DNA of 59,113 nucleotides, counting the filler, from Globobulimina sp. (taxonomy: Eukaryota), in assembly GCA_003354225.1 (NCBI GenBank). It is 9 parts of 9 records of this genome, joined end to end, with 100 filler letters (N's around TTAATTAATTAA, not from the genome) between each part and the next. Parts side by side here need not be neighbours in the genome. Positions count along the whole stretch, not along the records: positions 6,622 to 13,130 come from PIVH01000284.1; positions 13,231 to 19,722 come from PIVH01000285.1; positions 19,823 to 26,310 come from PIVH01000286.1; 6 more parts are not named here. One strand, written 5' to 3'. Below the pieces are notes generated by a model. It made no database searches, was not told the DNA's origin, and worked only from the letters and a program-made list of their open reading frames with translations. Positions 8,831 to 20,144 of the stretch are shown here, piece after piece. The translations under genes were made by a program, and so were the position numbers. Every line of letters begins with the position of its first letter. Within the stretch, counting starts at the first letter, position 1.

Positions 8831-11800
8831 TTATGTTGGACTATGTTTTGGTGCTTGATTTTTTAATTCAGTTAACATAGGAATTAATAGTTTTGTTTTT
8901 TCAACACGCGAGTAAAAAGTAACAAATTTTCTGGCTTTGTTGATATTTGGCACATTCCTCAATGTATACAATGCTTTGCACGCAGCCCGCAATATATCCT
9001 TTGCACGCTCACAATCTTTATTTCCTTTCGTTTGATCCATTTTTTCTTTCATTCCTTTCATTAAATCAGTTGGTAAACTGTCCAAAATGTGCGGTAACAT
9101 TATCAAGTTGCTATGGAATGTGCCAATTTTATAAAAAATCTGATAAGTTAACATTTGTATATCGGCCGACGAATCGCATAAACCATTGCGTAAAAACGAT
9201 ATAAATTCAAATAAATCGAGCATGTGCGGCGTTGCATCGATTAACGAATCTAAACAAATAAAAGCCGCTTTCCTTAATGACAAACCTTCGTCGACGCAGT
9301 GCTTAAATGGACCCAAATCCACTTCGCGAATCAGCGCCACATTGGTTACGGTCTGGCAATATATTGTATGCAATATCTGATAGACATCGATTAAGCCGCA
9401 ATTTACTCGCAATATGCGGTTAAGCGACAAAAAAGTTTGCCGCCGCACTAACAAGTTCTCGTCGGACAATCTCAATAAAAAGGCGTCAATCACCGAGGAA
9501 GGCAATGCCTTTGTGTTTAGACAGTATTTTATTGCGGTCGCCATGGTGGCTCTGGTATTGCCACACGCACAACACAGCAATCTCTCAATTTCCACAAAGA
9601 TGTCCGACTCCGCATCGATCACTGCCAATTTGCCCAAACACTCTGCGATCAGCGCCCGGACGCCTTCATCACTCGACGACGACGCACAAAACAACAACGG
9701 CCGGATGCGCTGCCCAAAGGGCATGATTTTGTTGATGCGGCAATAATAAGTTATGATCTCTCGCAGCGAGTTGAGGAGCAAATATTGCTGATCGCCGTGT
9801 TTGTGCAGCATACGCAGCAAAGCGGGCAGATACAACTCCATGTTTCCAATGCAAATGTTGCCCAAAGCAAAGGAGGCGGCCCATTTCACGCAGTCCCACT
9901 CCGAGTTGAAGGCGCAGAATATCTTAAAATTAAGCTGCTCCACCTCCCATTCGCCCAAATCTAGCCCGGCTTTGCCCAGTTCGCCAATCGCCAATAATGC
10001 GACCTGCGAATAGCACTCATTCGAGCTATCAATCAAAGATATTATGTCAATGTCCATGTCCATGTCGTTATTATTATTATTTATCAGTATTAAGACAGAC
10101 AAACACTGCGCAATCGCACTGTACGATGAACGCGACAATTTTGGTGTGGCCGACCGAATTAATTCATTCTTAAATGCGTCAAATGATAATATTTTGCCAT
10201 TTGTTTGTAAATAAAACTGCGAAAATAACGATTTGAGCGCGATCAATGCCTTGTTATTTTGCAGCAGCGGCGATTGCAAAAATTTATAACAGGATGGAAA
10301 GATATATTTGGTAATGGCCGATAATAAACGAACATTGTCATATTTCTTTATAATTTCTGCCATTAATTGTAATATTAAGGCACTTTTTTGTAGGTCGCAG
10401 TCGTTTATGTACTCACTACATTGCACAATAAGCGATAGCAATAATTTCTTGTCGATGCCATTGCCGATGCCATTGCCATTGTGCCCGATAATGCATATTA
10501 ATGTATTTGAAGCAGCCGCAGCGGCACAACCTGATTCTTTCAAAAAAAGGCAGCAAGACTCAACCACGCAATTCACAATGGATGACATGTCAATATTTAA
10601 TGTCGATTTTGCTAAAATGGAGAAGCATTCCAATGCGGTTTCTCGCGTAATTTCATTTGCTAATCGCTCATTTAATATGTTTATGCATGGATTTATAAAC
10701 GAAGACAATAAATTATCCCCAAATCGCGATATCATTGCCGTTGTTGCCACCAATGCGGCTTTTTCCGCCTCACCACAAATATCGGTCACATTCAACTGTT
10801 TAAAAGTGACACAAAATAAATCAGTTATCATTGCATCATATTTATTGTTTATAATATTATATTTTAAATATAATATCTCCGCCATACGAGACACGATTAA
10901 CATTGCTCTTCTTTTGACGGCCGGATATATGCAGTCAATGCAACATATTACGGCGGCACACAAAGCCTCGTCGTCGTCGTCGATGACGGACAAACATTCA
11001 ATGTCGTTATGAGCGCCGCTCGTTAATATTAAATACAACATACAAACGCTGCTTTGTTTCAATTGGATGTCGTTATTCTGTCTCATACACGCCATTATGC
11101 ACAAGATCAAATCCTTAAAATATTGAGATTGAGCCATGTTTGCTTGGCCAACTACCAATAAATCGCGCAATATTGCTAACAATCCATTTTTTACTTTTGT
11201 TGATGCGCTTTTTGACCCAAATTGTTTGCATATTTGTTGCATGATCGCCGCTAACTTGTCACATATTAATTCTTTGCCATTTGAATTGTCACAGATTATT
11301 GAGATTAACTCTTGAAATGCCTTAAATATATCTAACCGCACCGTTGTGTCATGTTCGCCAAATCGAGATAATAATAAGTCACATATTGGCAATAAGTCAC
11401 ATTTTGATTTATGCCTCGAAATAAATGATATTAACATTTTGATGGCGGCTCTCCTCACTTTCCATGATCTGTCATCCAAATCAGAATCACAAAATATTAT
11501 TAAATCATTCTCATTCTCATTCTCTTCCCAATCAACGGGATCTCCCCAATCTGAATCCGAATCTATATCTATATCAATATCAATATCAATGTCATTATCA
11601 TTATCATTATCATCTATATCAATATCAATATCATCATAATTTGCATCATAATTTGGATCATAAGTCATCATTGTCAGTGCCACATTGATTAACTTCTTTG
11701 AATGCGGCAACATTTGCGTTGGACATTGGGTCACCATCACATCAAATGTTTGCAAACAATTCTCTCGCAAATCCATGGCAGCGGCGTCATGGCGACAATT

Positions 11801-12631
11801 GCAACAAATGCTCATTAATGGCGGTACGATGGCATTTAAATGGCGGCATACTCGCTGTCCCGCATTGCGTGCAAATATGGCCACAGTTTGAATGAAAGTG
11901 AATAATAACAATTGATCGTCATTGTAATTGTAATTATAATTGAGACCGTGGATAACTTTTTGGATCAAAGCATTAAACAAATGGTCGTTTATTGTGCTTA
12001 CAATGGCACCCAAACAAAAAGCCACTTTTTTGCGAATCTCTGGCCTCGAATCGGTTAACATTGCTTCAATATTTTCTAAAATCAAGCTATGCTCTTTTTG
12101 AGTCATCAAAAATCCGAATTTAACGGTTAAATCTTTCAGAATGTCCAGGCACGCCATTAAGCGATGAAACTCGTTTCTTTCTTCTTCTTTATTCCAATTT
12201 TGTTTATTTTCTTGTACCAATCCTTGGAGTAAGCGCTTGATTATTTTTTTACAGATTTGGTGTCCAAAATGTTCAGGAACAGCGGCAATGATATTTTTTA
12301 AAGCAATGCAATAAATATCTCGTAACTCAGACTTTCTTCCATTAACCAATAATAAGCCGAGTTTATCAACAATTTCTTCAACCTGTTCACATACAAATTT
12401 TTGGACAATTGAACATAAACAGCGACATGCAACGGATTGTACGTCATTTGAATTATCATCCAATTGCTTTAATATTGCGTCACGAATTGGTGTCTGTAAT
12501 GAACTGTCAATGTCACCCTCAATTTTGTTTAACTCGCCGGTCAAATCAGATGTTGCCATGTAACGTTCATCTTTGTCGTGATGTTGTGTTTTTTTTAACA
12601 ATGCGCGAATCTTTGACGGATCCGGTTGCAT
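8831..12631 (-). CDS. CAND1: Cullin-associated NEDD8-dissociated protein 1 (CAND1/TIP120), apparently intronless
   Basis: N-terminus DKDERYMATSDL..EL, DDRSWKVRRAA, HEAT repeats, EGVRALIAECLGKL, C-terminal TIP120 motif IREVDLGPFKH.VDEGLSLRKAAF. Confidence 0.95.
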   Translation of the reverse strand: MQPDPSKIRALLKKTQHHDKDERYMATSDLTGELNKIEGDIDSSLQTPIRDAILKQLDDNSNDVQSVACRCLCSIVQKFVCEQVEEIVDKLGLLLVNGRKSELRDIYCIALKNIIAAVPEHFGHQICKKIIKRLLQGLVQENKQNWNKEEERNEFHRLMACLDILKDLTVKFGFLMTQKEHSLILENIEAMLTDSRPEIRKKVAFCLGAIVSTINDHLFNALIQKVIHGLNYNYNYNDDQLLLFTFIQTVAIFARNAGQRVCRHLNAIVPPLMSICCNCRHDAAAMDLRENCLQTFDVMVTQCPTQMLPHSKKLINVALTMMTYDPNYDANYDDIDIDIDDNDNDNDIDIDIDIDIDSDSDWGDPVDWEENENENDLIIFCDSDLDDRSWKVRRAAIKMLISFISRHKSKCDLLPICDLLLSRFGEHDTTVRLDIFKAFQELISIICDNSNGKELICDKLAAIMQQICKQFGSKSASTKVKNGLLAILRDLLVVGQANMAQSQYFKDLILCIMACMRQNNDIQLKQSSVCMLYLILTSGAHNDIECLSVIDDDDEALCAAVICCIDCIYPAVKRRAMLIVSRMAEILYLKYNIINNKYDAMITDLFCVTFKQLNVTDICGEAEKAALVATTAMISRFGDNLLSSFINPCINILNERLANEITRETALECFSILAKSTLNIDMSSIVNCVVESCCLFLKESGCAAAAASNTLICIIGHNGNGIGNGIDKKLLLSLIVQCSEYINDCDLQKSALILQLMAEIIKKYDNVRLLSAITKYIFPSCYKFLQSPLLQNNKALIALKSLFSQFYLQTNGKILSFDAFKNELIRSATPKLSRSSYSAIAQCLSVLILINNNNNDMDMDIDIISLIDSSNECYSQVALLAIGELGKAGLDLGEWEVEQLNFKIFCAFNSEWDCVKWAASFALGNICIGNMELYLPALLRMLHKHGDQQYLLLNSLREIITYYCRINKIMPFGQRIRPLLFCASSSSDEGVRALIAECLGKLAVIDAESDIFVEIERLLCCACGNTRATMATAIKYCLNTKALPSSVIDAFLLRLSDENLLVRRQTFLSLNRILRVNCGLIDVYQILHTIYCQTVTNVALIREVDLGPFKHCVDEGLSLRKAAFICLDSLIDATPHMLDLFEFISFLRNGLCDSSADIQMLTYQIFYKIGTFHSNLIMLPHILDSLPTDLMKGMKEKMDQTKGNKDCERAKDILRAACKALYTLRNVPNINKARKFVTFYSRVEKTKLLIPMLTELKNQAPKHSPT

Positions 12632-13697
12632 TTAGGCGAAACCTCAAGTTGACATTAGACTATGTCCAACTATGTCTACTTCAGTTATGTCTAAATTAAG
12701 AGGATTGCTACTCTATTGCCTCTACTGTCTCGTCATATGGTTTATAATTCATTTGAAAATACCAAAACAAAAGCATATAAAGACAGATATTTTGAATCCC
12801 GTCAGTTACAAGTAAGTGCGTCACCTCCTCAGTAAATTCACTCTAAAACTTTTTCTAAGCATAATGACAAAAACTTCACTTCCACTCCTCTCTCATCTTC
12901 CTCCACCATGTGACCGGGAATCCGTCACGTGTAAAGATCCTTTGGATCATCACTTTTAGGCTCTGGTCGGTACGTTGCAGGCAGATCATAACTGCACAAC
13001 TGTTGTTGCTGAGTAAGCCCGTTGGATTTTAGGCAGCTGTTCACGTGGGATATTATATGGCGTGTATAATTTTGAGACCGAAAATGCACGCCCAATGCAA
13101 TTGTAACTAATTTACACTGTGATTGGGACANNNNNNNNNNNNNNNNNNNNNNNNNNNNNNNNNNNNNNNNNNNNTTAATTAATTAANNNNNNNNNNNNNN
13201 NNNNNNNNNNNNNNNNNNNNNNNNNNNNNNAAAATTTGTGACGATTTGTCATTTGTGATTAATTGAAATAGAATGGAGTTTGTCACAATGTCACAATATT
13301 AACAAGAAATAAAATGGATTAAAAAAAAACAAAAGAAATTAAATTCCATAACACAAAAATACAGGTAAATACATAAAAATACATAAATCAAAGAAGAAAA
13401 TATATTCAAACATATTCAAATATATCAGTAATAAGTTAGTTGGTTCAATAATAGGATTAATTAAAAAATCCATGAAATAAAGTTGTTGATTAAATATAAT
13501 GATTAAATAACATATTCTTTAGGATGTGCGTTCGTTTTATATCATGAATTTTCCATAATGCTGCAAAAACAATTACGCAAAAGCCAAAATAACGAACATC
13601 GTAAAGCATAACATAACAAAAAAAATAAACTAAATCAAAATCATTTCATGAACAATTTATATACAAATACAAAGTACGGAATTCGAATTAAATTAAA

Positions 13698-14366
13698 TTA
13701 TTCGTTGAGTCTTTGATATAAACTCTTTATTAATGAGACAGATTTGGAGTCATAGTATTCGATTTTAGCGTGAATACTGACGGGGGCATTTTTTTTACTA
13801 TTTTTTTTAGTTTTTTTGGCGGTGAAACTGCTGCTTTCGGATTCGCCAATAATAGCGCTGTCTGGATCCGGAGCTGTTTTCTTGCTTTTATTGCTTTTGT
13901 TTTTCGTTCTTTCAATACGTAATAATTTAATATCACCGAATTTACCAAATAAATCTTTATTTGCTAATTTGGGTGTTGCTATTTCATTTGATATTGACAT
14001 TAAAATTATGGTATTCTTATTTAAAAACAACAATTTATGCGACATCAAATATGATATCATTACCCGGCCGATTCGTAATTTTTCAAATTCAAACTCTTCG
14101 CCATCTTCTTTAACGACAAAACATGCGACACATTCGTCATTAAAAAAACTATTCATAAAACCACAGCACGGACAATTCCATGAAGAAAATACGGTATTGT
14201 GGATGTGGACTCTTTCGTCATTGCTGTTACAAGGCATATTGATTAAGTATTGATCAATTGGTATATTGAGAAATTTAGTTGGTATGCTTTTAAAGTGATG
14301 AGAGTAAAAGGAAGTTTTAAAGTGTTTATGTATTAAATTTAGGAAAACCTTTTTAAGTCCAACCAA
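13698..14366 (-). CDS. Putative RanBP2-type zinc finger + Not4-like RRM protein (start and exon structure uncertain)
   Basis: WNCPCCGFMN.....CVAC zinc finger; NTIILMSI...LFGKFGDIKLLRI...IHAKIEY resembles an RRM. Confidence 0.45.
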   Translation of the reverse strand: MVGLKKVFLNLIHKHFKTSFYSHHFKSIPTKFLNIPIDQYLINMPCNSNDERVHIHNTVFSSWNCPCCGFMNSFFNDECVACFVVKEDGEEFEFEKLRIGRVMISYLMSHKLLFLNKNTIILMSISNEIATPKLANKDLFGKFGDIKLLRIERTKNKSNKSKKTAPDPDSAIIGESESSSFTAKKTKKNSKKNAPVSIHAKIEYYDSKSVSLIKSLYQRLNE

Positions 14367-14929
14367 CCGACCTTGGTGGACCTGTCAATGGATATATTTA
14401 TTAGTATCACCACAAATCATTTCCTTCCGTTTTTTTTTAATTTATATATTATCAAAGAACTACGCTGCTTTAAACGATATGTTCCAAAAGATAACCCTTC
14501 CACCTGGTCGATAAGTTGAATACATTTTATTCAATTATACCAGAAACGCTTTGCAAATCCAGAAACGCGCAATATATAAGAACGACACCTAAAACTAAAG
14601 GGAACACTTGAATTCTTTGAATTGACAAAGTTAGCATTGAGATTGAATTTCTGTATGAGAAGTGAGAACATAAATTTTGGAAAGTTTGTGCATGTCTCGA
14701 TTTGTGATTTCGAACATTTTGTAAATCACAAAGCTGTTTAATCTGTTCTCAAATAGTTCATAGTGTGACACTGATCTATTGTTTAAAGTATATATTTAAT
14801 TTAGCAGTTTTAAACTCATAAAAAAACAGCTTAATGCTGGACCCATCTGTTTTTAGCAAGTTTCCGAGATGATGCGACTATGCATATTCTAATACTACTT
14901 ACGACTCAATTTCGCCTTCAATCGATTCA

Positions 14930-17495
14930 ATGTCAAACGAAGAAGAATTTCAAGAAATTATTGCTGTGGTTGGATTTCTTGCAGTTGTTTGGATTTGTGG
15001 TCGATTATGCAAATTTGTAGAGTTATCTCCATTGATTGGATGGATTGCATCGGGTTTAATATTTGGGCCAAACGGACTGGCTCTAATTCCGAATAAACAT
15101 CAAGAAGTGTGGAGATTATTAGGTACATTAGGTGTAACTTTAATGATTGCGGAATCCGGAACGCATATTCACTTCGATAAAGTCCGAAAATTGGGTGTTA
15201 CGGCTGTATTGGTAGCATTAATCGGCACTTTCTTGCCACTCGCACTGGCATGTGCTCTCGGTATGTTTTTATTTAATTTTATTTAATTATATAAATAAAT
15301 ATCAAATACAAATAGTGTATGTAACGGGCTTTGGTTCCTTAAAAGAAGGATTCGCGACCGGCTGTGCCATGGCGCCGACCTCAGTCAGTGTTGCATTAAA
15401 ATTATTGTCTGAAGCAAATCAATTAAACTCATTACCCGGACAAACTATTGTAACTGCTGCCTTTTTAGACGATGTATTTTCAATTATTTTATTAGTGATA
15501 TTACAACAATTTGATAATAATAATACTTCTCCATCTCCATCAACATTAAATACAATATTTGCAATAAGCAGTAAATTTGTGTTTTGTTTTTTATTTTTAT
15601 CGATTGGTGTAATTCTGGCAATGTATGTTTTTAACGAAATTATTCCGAAGTGTTTACATTTTATGCCGTCGTATGATAATATAAATTATCAGCCGCGCGA
15701 CGAGATGCATTTGATTATAATGATAGCGGTGTTGGCGAGTTATTGCTATGTCGGGGATAAGATTGGCAGCCATTTGTTAGGCGCCTTTATCGCAGGAATG
15801 TCTTTCTCGCAAATCAGTCGCTCGATGTATGTGTGGCGCAGACAAATGAAGCGAGTGTGCCAATGGCTGATCAAACTGTTCTTTGCGTGTTCCGTGGCGT
15901 TCACCATTCCGACGCAGTCCTTATTAAAAGTGGAAGCCTTTGCTTATGGCTTATTACTTTCGTTTGTATCTGGAATTGTGGCTAAAATGCTCTCTGGATT
16001 TGCCACCCGCTCCTCTTATAACTATGTGGTTGGCTTCGCCATGGTTGGTCGCGGGGAGTTTGCCTATTTGGTGGCGCAAAAAGCAAAAGAATGGAAACTC
16101 ATTTCTTCCGATTTGTATGCCATCATTGTCTGGGCCTTATTGATCGCAGTGATTGTGGCGCCCATTGCCTTTGGTTTTGTGCTCCGAAAAGCATTTAAAA
16201 AAGAAGTCAAATCGGGAATAAAATGGTTTACCATTCGTGCCGAAGCTAAACATCACACCGGCGTCCATTTCGAAATTGTGGATGTTTTACATAATTTAAA
16301 ATTGGATATTTTAGAAGCAAAGGTAGAGACTGACGGAGATACCGATTGTTCCGAGTTCATTGTTGGTGGCGGTGCCGACTTTTTAGATAAAGATAAAATG
16401 TATGAAATATTACATGATATTCGCGAGGCAGTGGGAGATATAAACCACGCACAAGTTCAATTATTACCAATTGATGAAGTACAATTGGATGAGTTGGATG
16501 AGGATGAATCTTTTATTGAGTTGGATGTCGATGATTTATTAGAAATTAAGTTAATGAGCAAGCATTCGCCACAAATATTTGCCAAATTAATTGAAGAAAT
16601 GGAGTTAAATGGGATTCAATTAATTCGTGGACATTTAGATAATTTTTTAAACACAGACTCGCAAGTTATATTTGGTAAACTATCGGCACTCGCAAACACT
16701 ACGCAGAATAATACAGATTGTCGAAATATAAAAAGTAAATTAAAAAAAGTCTTCGAAATAAATAACATTTCGGCAGAAATGTTATGTAAAAAAATTAGTA
16801 GAGATGTCGCCGTATTTCCGCACCATACTAAATTTAGTGAGTTATTGCAATCGGCGACAAATAAATATAATCCAATGTTAAGTAATAAGTTTGAAAATGG
16901 ATACGAGATTGAGATTTATTGCGAGTGCTATGTTTGCCATTTAATATTATCGATAACGTCAGTCTTTGAATTGTTAGACTTGGACATTAGAACAATAAAT
17001 ATCCAAATAAATGAAGAGAATAACAAATTTAATTCAACTTTTTTCCTGCAAGAAAAGAATAATAATAAAAATAGAAGAAGTATTATTGAAGAAGAGATAG
17101 CGAAAATCTTTGAGAGCAGCAACATTGCGGCAAGTATCAAAACAAAAGAAATTGAAATAGGTCAAAAAGCATTGGATTTAGATAACAGTTTGCATAGTTT
17201 GCAGATTGCGACGTCGAAACTAGCATCGCCATCGATATCTGTGTCTGCCTCTGCTGGCTTGCAAAACTTAGCGGCAATCACCCAAAGTACTGTCATTATA
17301 ACACCCAACAGTTTAAAAGCTCCGCTGCCGCCATCAATCGAAAAGGGGGAAACAATATTTAATTTGATTGGTTTACTGGACAATGGCGATGTGGACCGTA
17401 TTGAAGAAATTAATGACAAATCAAACCCAGATCTAGACATTGCAGAGAGTCAAAGTAGTAGCACAATTCTTGATATTCTCAATTGTAAATTGTAG
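14930..17495 (+). CDS. CPA2 (KefB/NapA-like) cation/H+ antiporter with C-terminal ACT-like domains; intron 15261-15315
   Basis: Motifs APTSVSVA, AAFLDDVFSIILL, HLLGAFIAG, MVGRGEFA. A phase-1 GT-AG intron joins ORFs 14930 and 15252 in frame. The tail has ACT-like repeats (HHTGVHFEIVDVLHNLKLDILEAKV). Confidence 0.85.
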
Positions 17496-17601
17496 CACAT
17501 GATATATACATGATATTGTTGTGTGGTTTTCTGTTATATTTAATTGCTTTGGTTTTTTTTTGTATTTACAATTAAAAACAAACTTAAGAGTCAAGAGTAA
17601 G

Positions 17602-18936
17602 ATGGCACTTTTAAACTTATTGTTTTTGCTAATAACAACCGTAAATGTGAAGAAAGTGGAGGGTGTCGATGTTTTATCCATAGCGCGATTACATTCTAAT
17701 CCAACCATTCAATGGTACACCAATATGAGTGATCATGATTCAGTAGTTCGGATTAGATTAATTGGTCCTGCTGACAGATGGTTTGCCATTGGTATTGGGA
17801 ATACATCAATGGATAATACATACACATTTGTTGTATATGGTGATGGCACTGTAAGTGAGAGAAGATTAGGTTTCCACAATGCAGGCGATCCATTACCAAC
17901 ACAAGAAACAGATTTAAATATTACTTTTGTAAACGAAGAAAATGGAATCAGAGAAATTGAAATTAGCAGAGGAAGAGTAGGATATTCAAATTTATTTTAT
18001 ACATTTCCAAATAGTCGATTATCGTCGGTTGCTTTAATAGCGGCATGGTCCATGTCAGCAGGTGATTTATTTGGGCATTATCATGGTGAAAAAAATAGAT
18101 TATATCACAGCATAGATTTTTCATTATCCAATGAAACCACTCCCGATCCAACCAATGCGCCGACCAGAGCACCTACGCAGGCGCCTACATTAACACCCAC
18201 CATTTCTCCCACATTAACACCCTCCATATCGCCTACATTAACCCCGACTGTCTCACCAACGCAAGATTTTCGAAATAGATATGATTTATATGGCATGGCT
18301 ACAGTGGGCGGCCAGCACTTAGATAATATACAATTAGTAATTGGCATTGAATATGAGACAAACACAGTGTTTATAAACATAACTGGCCCGACAGCCACAT
18401 GGTTTGCTATTGGCTTTGGATCTGATTATATTTATGATACTCCTTCTTCTTCGTCAATGAAAGGTAAATACGCCATCATTATTGATTGGACAAGAGAAGG
18501 AAATGCATTTTCAGTCATTGACGATCAACATATATTGGAATATTTTTTAGATGATCATTATGTAAATATTCAACAGCCATTAAATAAATTCGTTCAACGT
18601 AAAATTCAACAGCACCCAGACCAAACAGACAGATTTCGGCGAAATGTATTAATGCAAAGACCAACATTCAAAGTGAATGATAGCAATGGAGAATATTTTA
18701 ATTTTTCAACATGTAATAGAAAATATAAAATTATTTGGGCCAGAGGTCAATATAGCCCTTACAAAGCAAATGCATTTGGTGGTGGAGCAGGACATACTGC
18801 AACCGATCGCGGAACTGGAAGTGTAACCGTTCAAGGCGCGCTATTTGATGACTGTAACTCCGTAAAATCACTATTTGATAAAATAAATATTATTTCTATA
18901 ATAGTGATAACAGTCTATGCAATTGAAAATATATAA
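17602..18936 (+). CDS. Secreted/membrane-anchored protein with two DOMON domains separated by a PTxxP mucin-like linker
   Basis: Signal peptide MALLNLLFLLI; two GP..WFAIG.G...M DOMON motifs with distal His; PTLTPTIS repeats at ~18140-18260; hydrophobic C-terminus. Confidence 0.8.
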   Translation: MALLNLLFLLITTVNVKKVEGVDVLSIARLHSNPTIQWYTNMSDHDSVVRIRLIGPADRWFAIGIGNTSMDNTYTFVVYGDGTVSERRLGFHNAGDPLPTQETDLNITFVNEENGIREIEISRGRVGYSNLFYTFPNSRLSSVALIAAWSMSAGDLFGHYHGEKNRLYHSIDFSLSNETTPDPTNAPTRAPTQAPTLTPTISPTLTPSISPTLTPTVSPTQDFRNRYDLYGMATVGGQHLDNIQLVIGIEYETNTVFINITGPTATWFAIGFGSDYIYDTPSSSSMKGKYAIIIDWTREGNAFSVIDDQHILEYFLDDHYVNIQQPLNKFVQRKIQQHPDQTDRFRRNVLMQRPTFKVNDSNGEYFNFSTCNRKYKIIWARGQYSPYKANAFGGGAGHTATDRGTGSVTVQGALFDDCNSVKSLFDKINIISIIVITVYAIENI

Positions 18937-20144
18937 CAATTTCTTTTCTTTTTTTTTTGTGATGAATTTCTATGTACACTGTGTGCTTTATCATTTTTTG
19001 CCATTCTCGATAGCCACAAATCTCCGATGATTTAGTACTGTTAAACTCAAGTAAACATTTGAATAATACTCATGAACAAAAAATATCCGCAAAAATTAAA
19101 AAAAAAGAAATGGATTATTTCGAAAAAAAAAACAAAATTGAAATAAAAAGTAAAAAAAGACAATATATTGGTAAACAACAAATCATTTTTGTGATTTTCT
19201 CTGCGTGGCTCTCTATTTAAAATCACAAAAACATACAAAAAAAATACATTGCATTTTCATCACCACCTCAATGTTTATTAAATGCATTCATTCATTCAGT
19301 CAATCAATTTAATAAAACACCACAAAAATACAAAAAAAATTTATAAAATAATTAAATTAAGACAAAACAAAAAAAAAGAACATAGAAAAAATAAAAGAAG
19401 GAAATATTTTGAGAAAAAATTAGAAAAAAATAATTAAAAAAAAAGGGGGTTATTACAGTGGTAGAATATGAGAGTTGTGGGGCATAATCATTTTGGGTTT
19501 TGGTTTAATTTTAAGTGGTTGCATAATTTGACATGATTTATCATCAAATGCTTCTAAAACCGGATGAATACAACGCGTGGGATCTAATAATAATTTATCA
19601 TATGATTTAACAGCAATTAACCAGTTCAATTTAGTTTTGACGACAATTTTGTCAAAACCATAATCTTCCAATAATATTCGAAAAGAAATAACTTGTTTGT
19701 CATCCTGCGCATCAATACCAAANNNNNNNNNNNNNNNNNNNNNNNNNNNNNNNNNNNNNNNNNNNNTTAATTAATTAANNNNNNNNNNNNNNNNNNNNNN
19801 NNNNNNNNNNNNNNNNNNNNNNACAGTCGATAATGTTGTGTATGATGAAGGATATGGCATTTCAGGTCGATTATTAATAAATTGTGTTTGTAAAAAAAAA
19901 TTAAATAAAAATGAAAGAATATTTGCAGGCAGTCGAACACTTGAGACTTCCAAGGTTATTGTGGTCGGAACGAAGAAGTTGAATTCTCTGATAAGTTACT
20001 ACCTTGCACTTCAGTCTTCATCAGGAATTAAAACCTTCTTCGTCCCTAGCTTTATTTAAACAATTGCCTGCGGCAACAGCTAGTGCCGATTCTGAAACTC
20101 TACATATCCTTCCTTCCCCATATAGATCGTGGTCGTTTCCCGTG

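Noticed and set aside
8947-12699. Many plus-strand ORFs antisense to CAND1, and similar shadow ORFs over other long genes
   Set aside because: Antisense shadows of real CDSs and low-complexity runs, with no independent motifs.
19453-19722. Short minus-strand ORF at the contig end
   Set aside because: Probably the 3' end of a truncated gene; too little sequence to assign.
19985-20030. Hammerhead ribozyme (CTGATGA on the minus strand at ~20018-20024)
   Set aside because: No properly placed stem II followed by GAAA; the motif is explained by the plus-strand hairpin.
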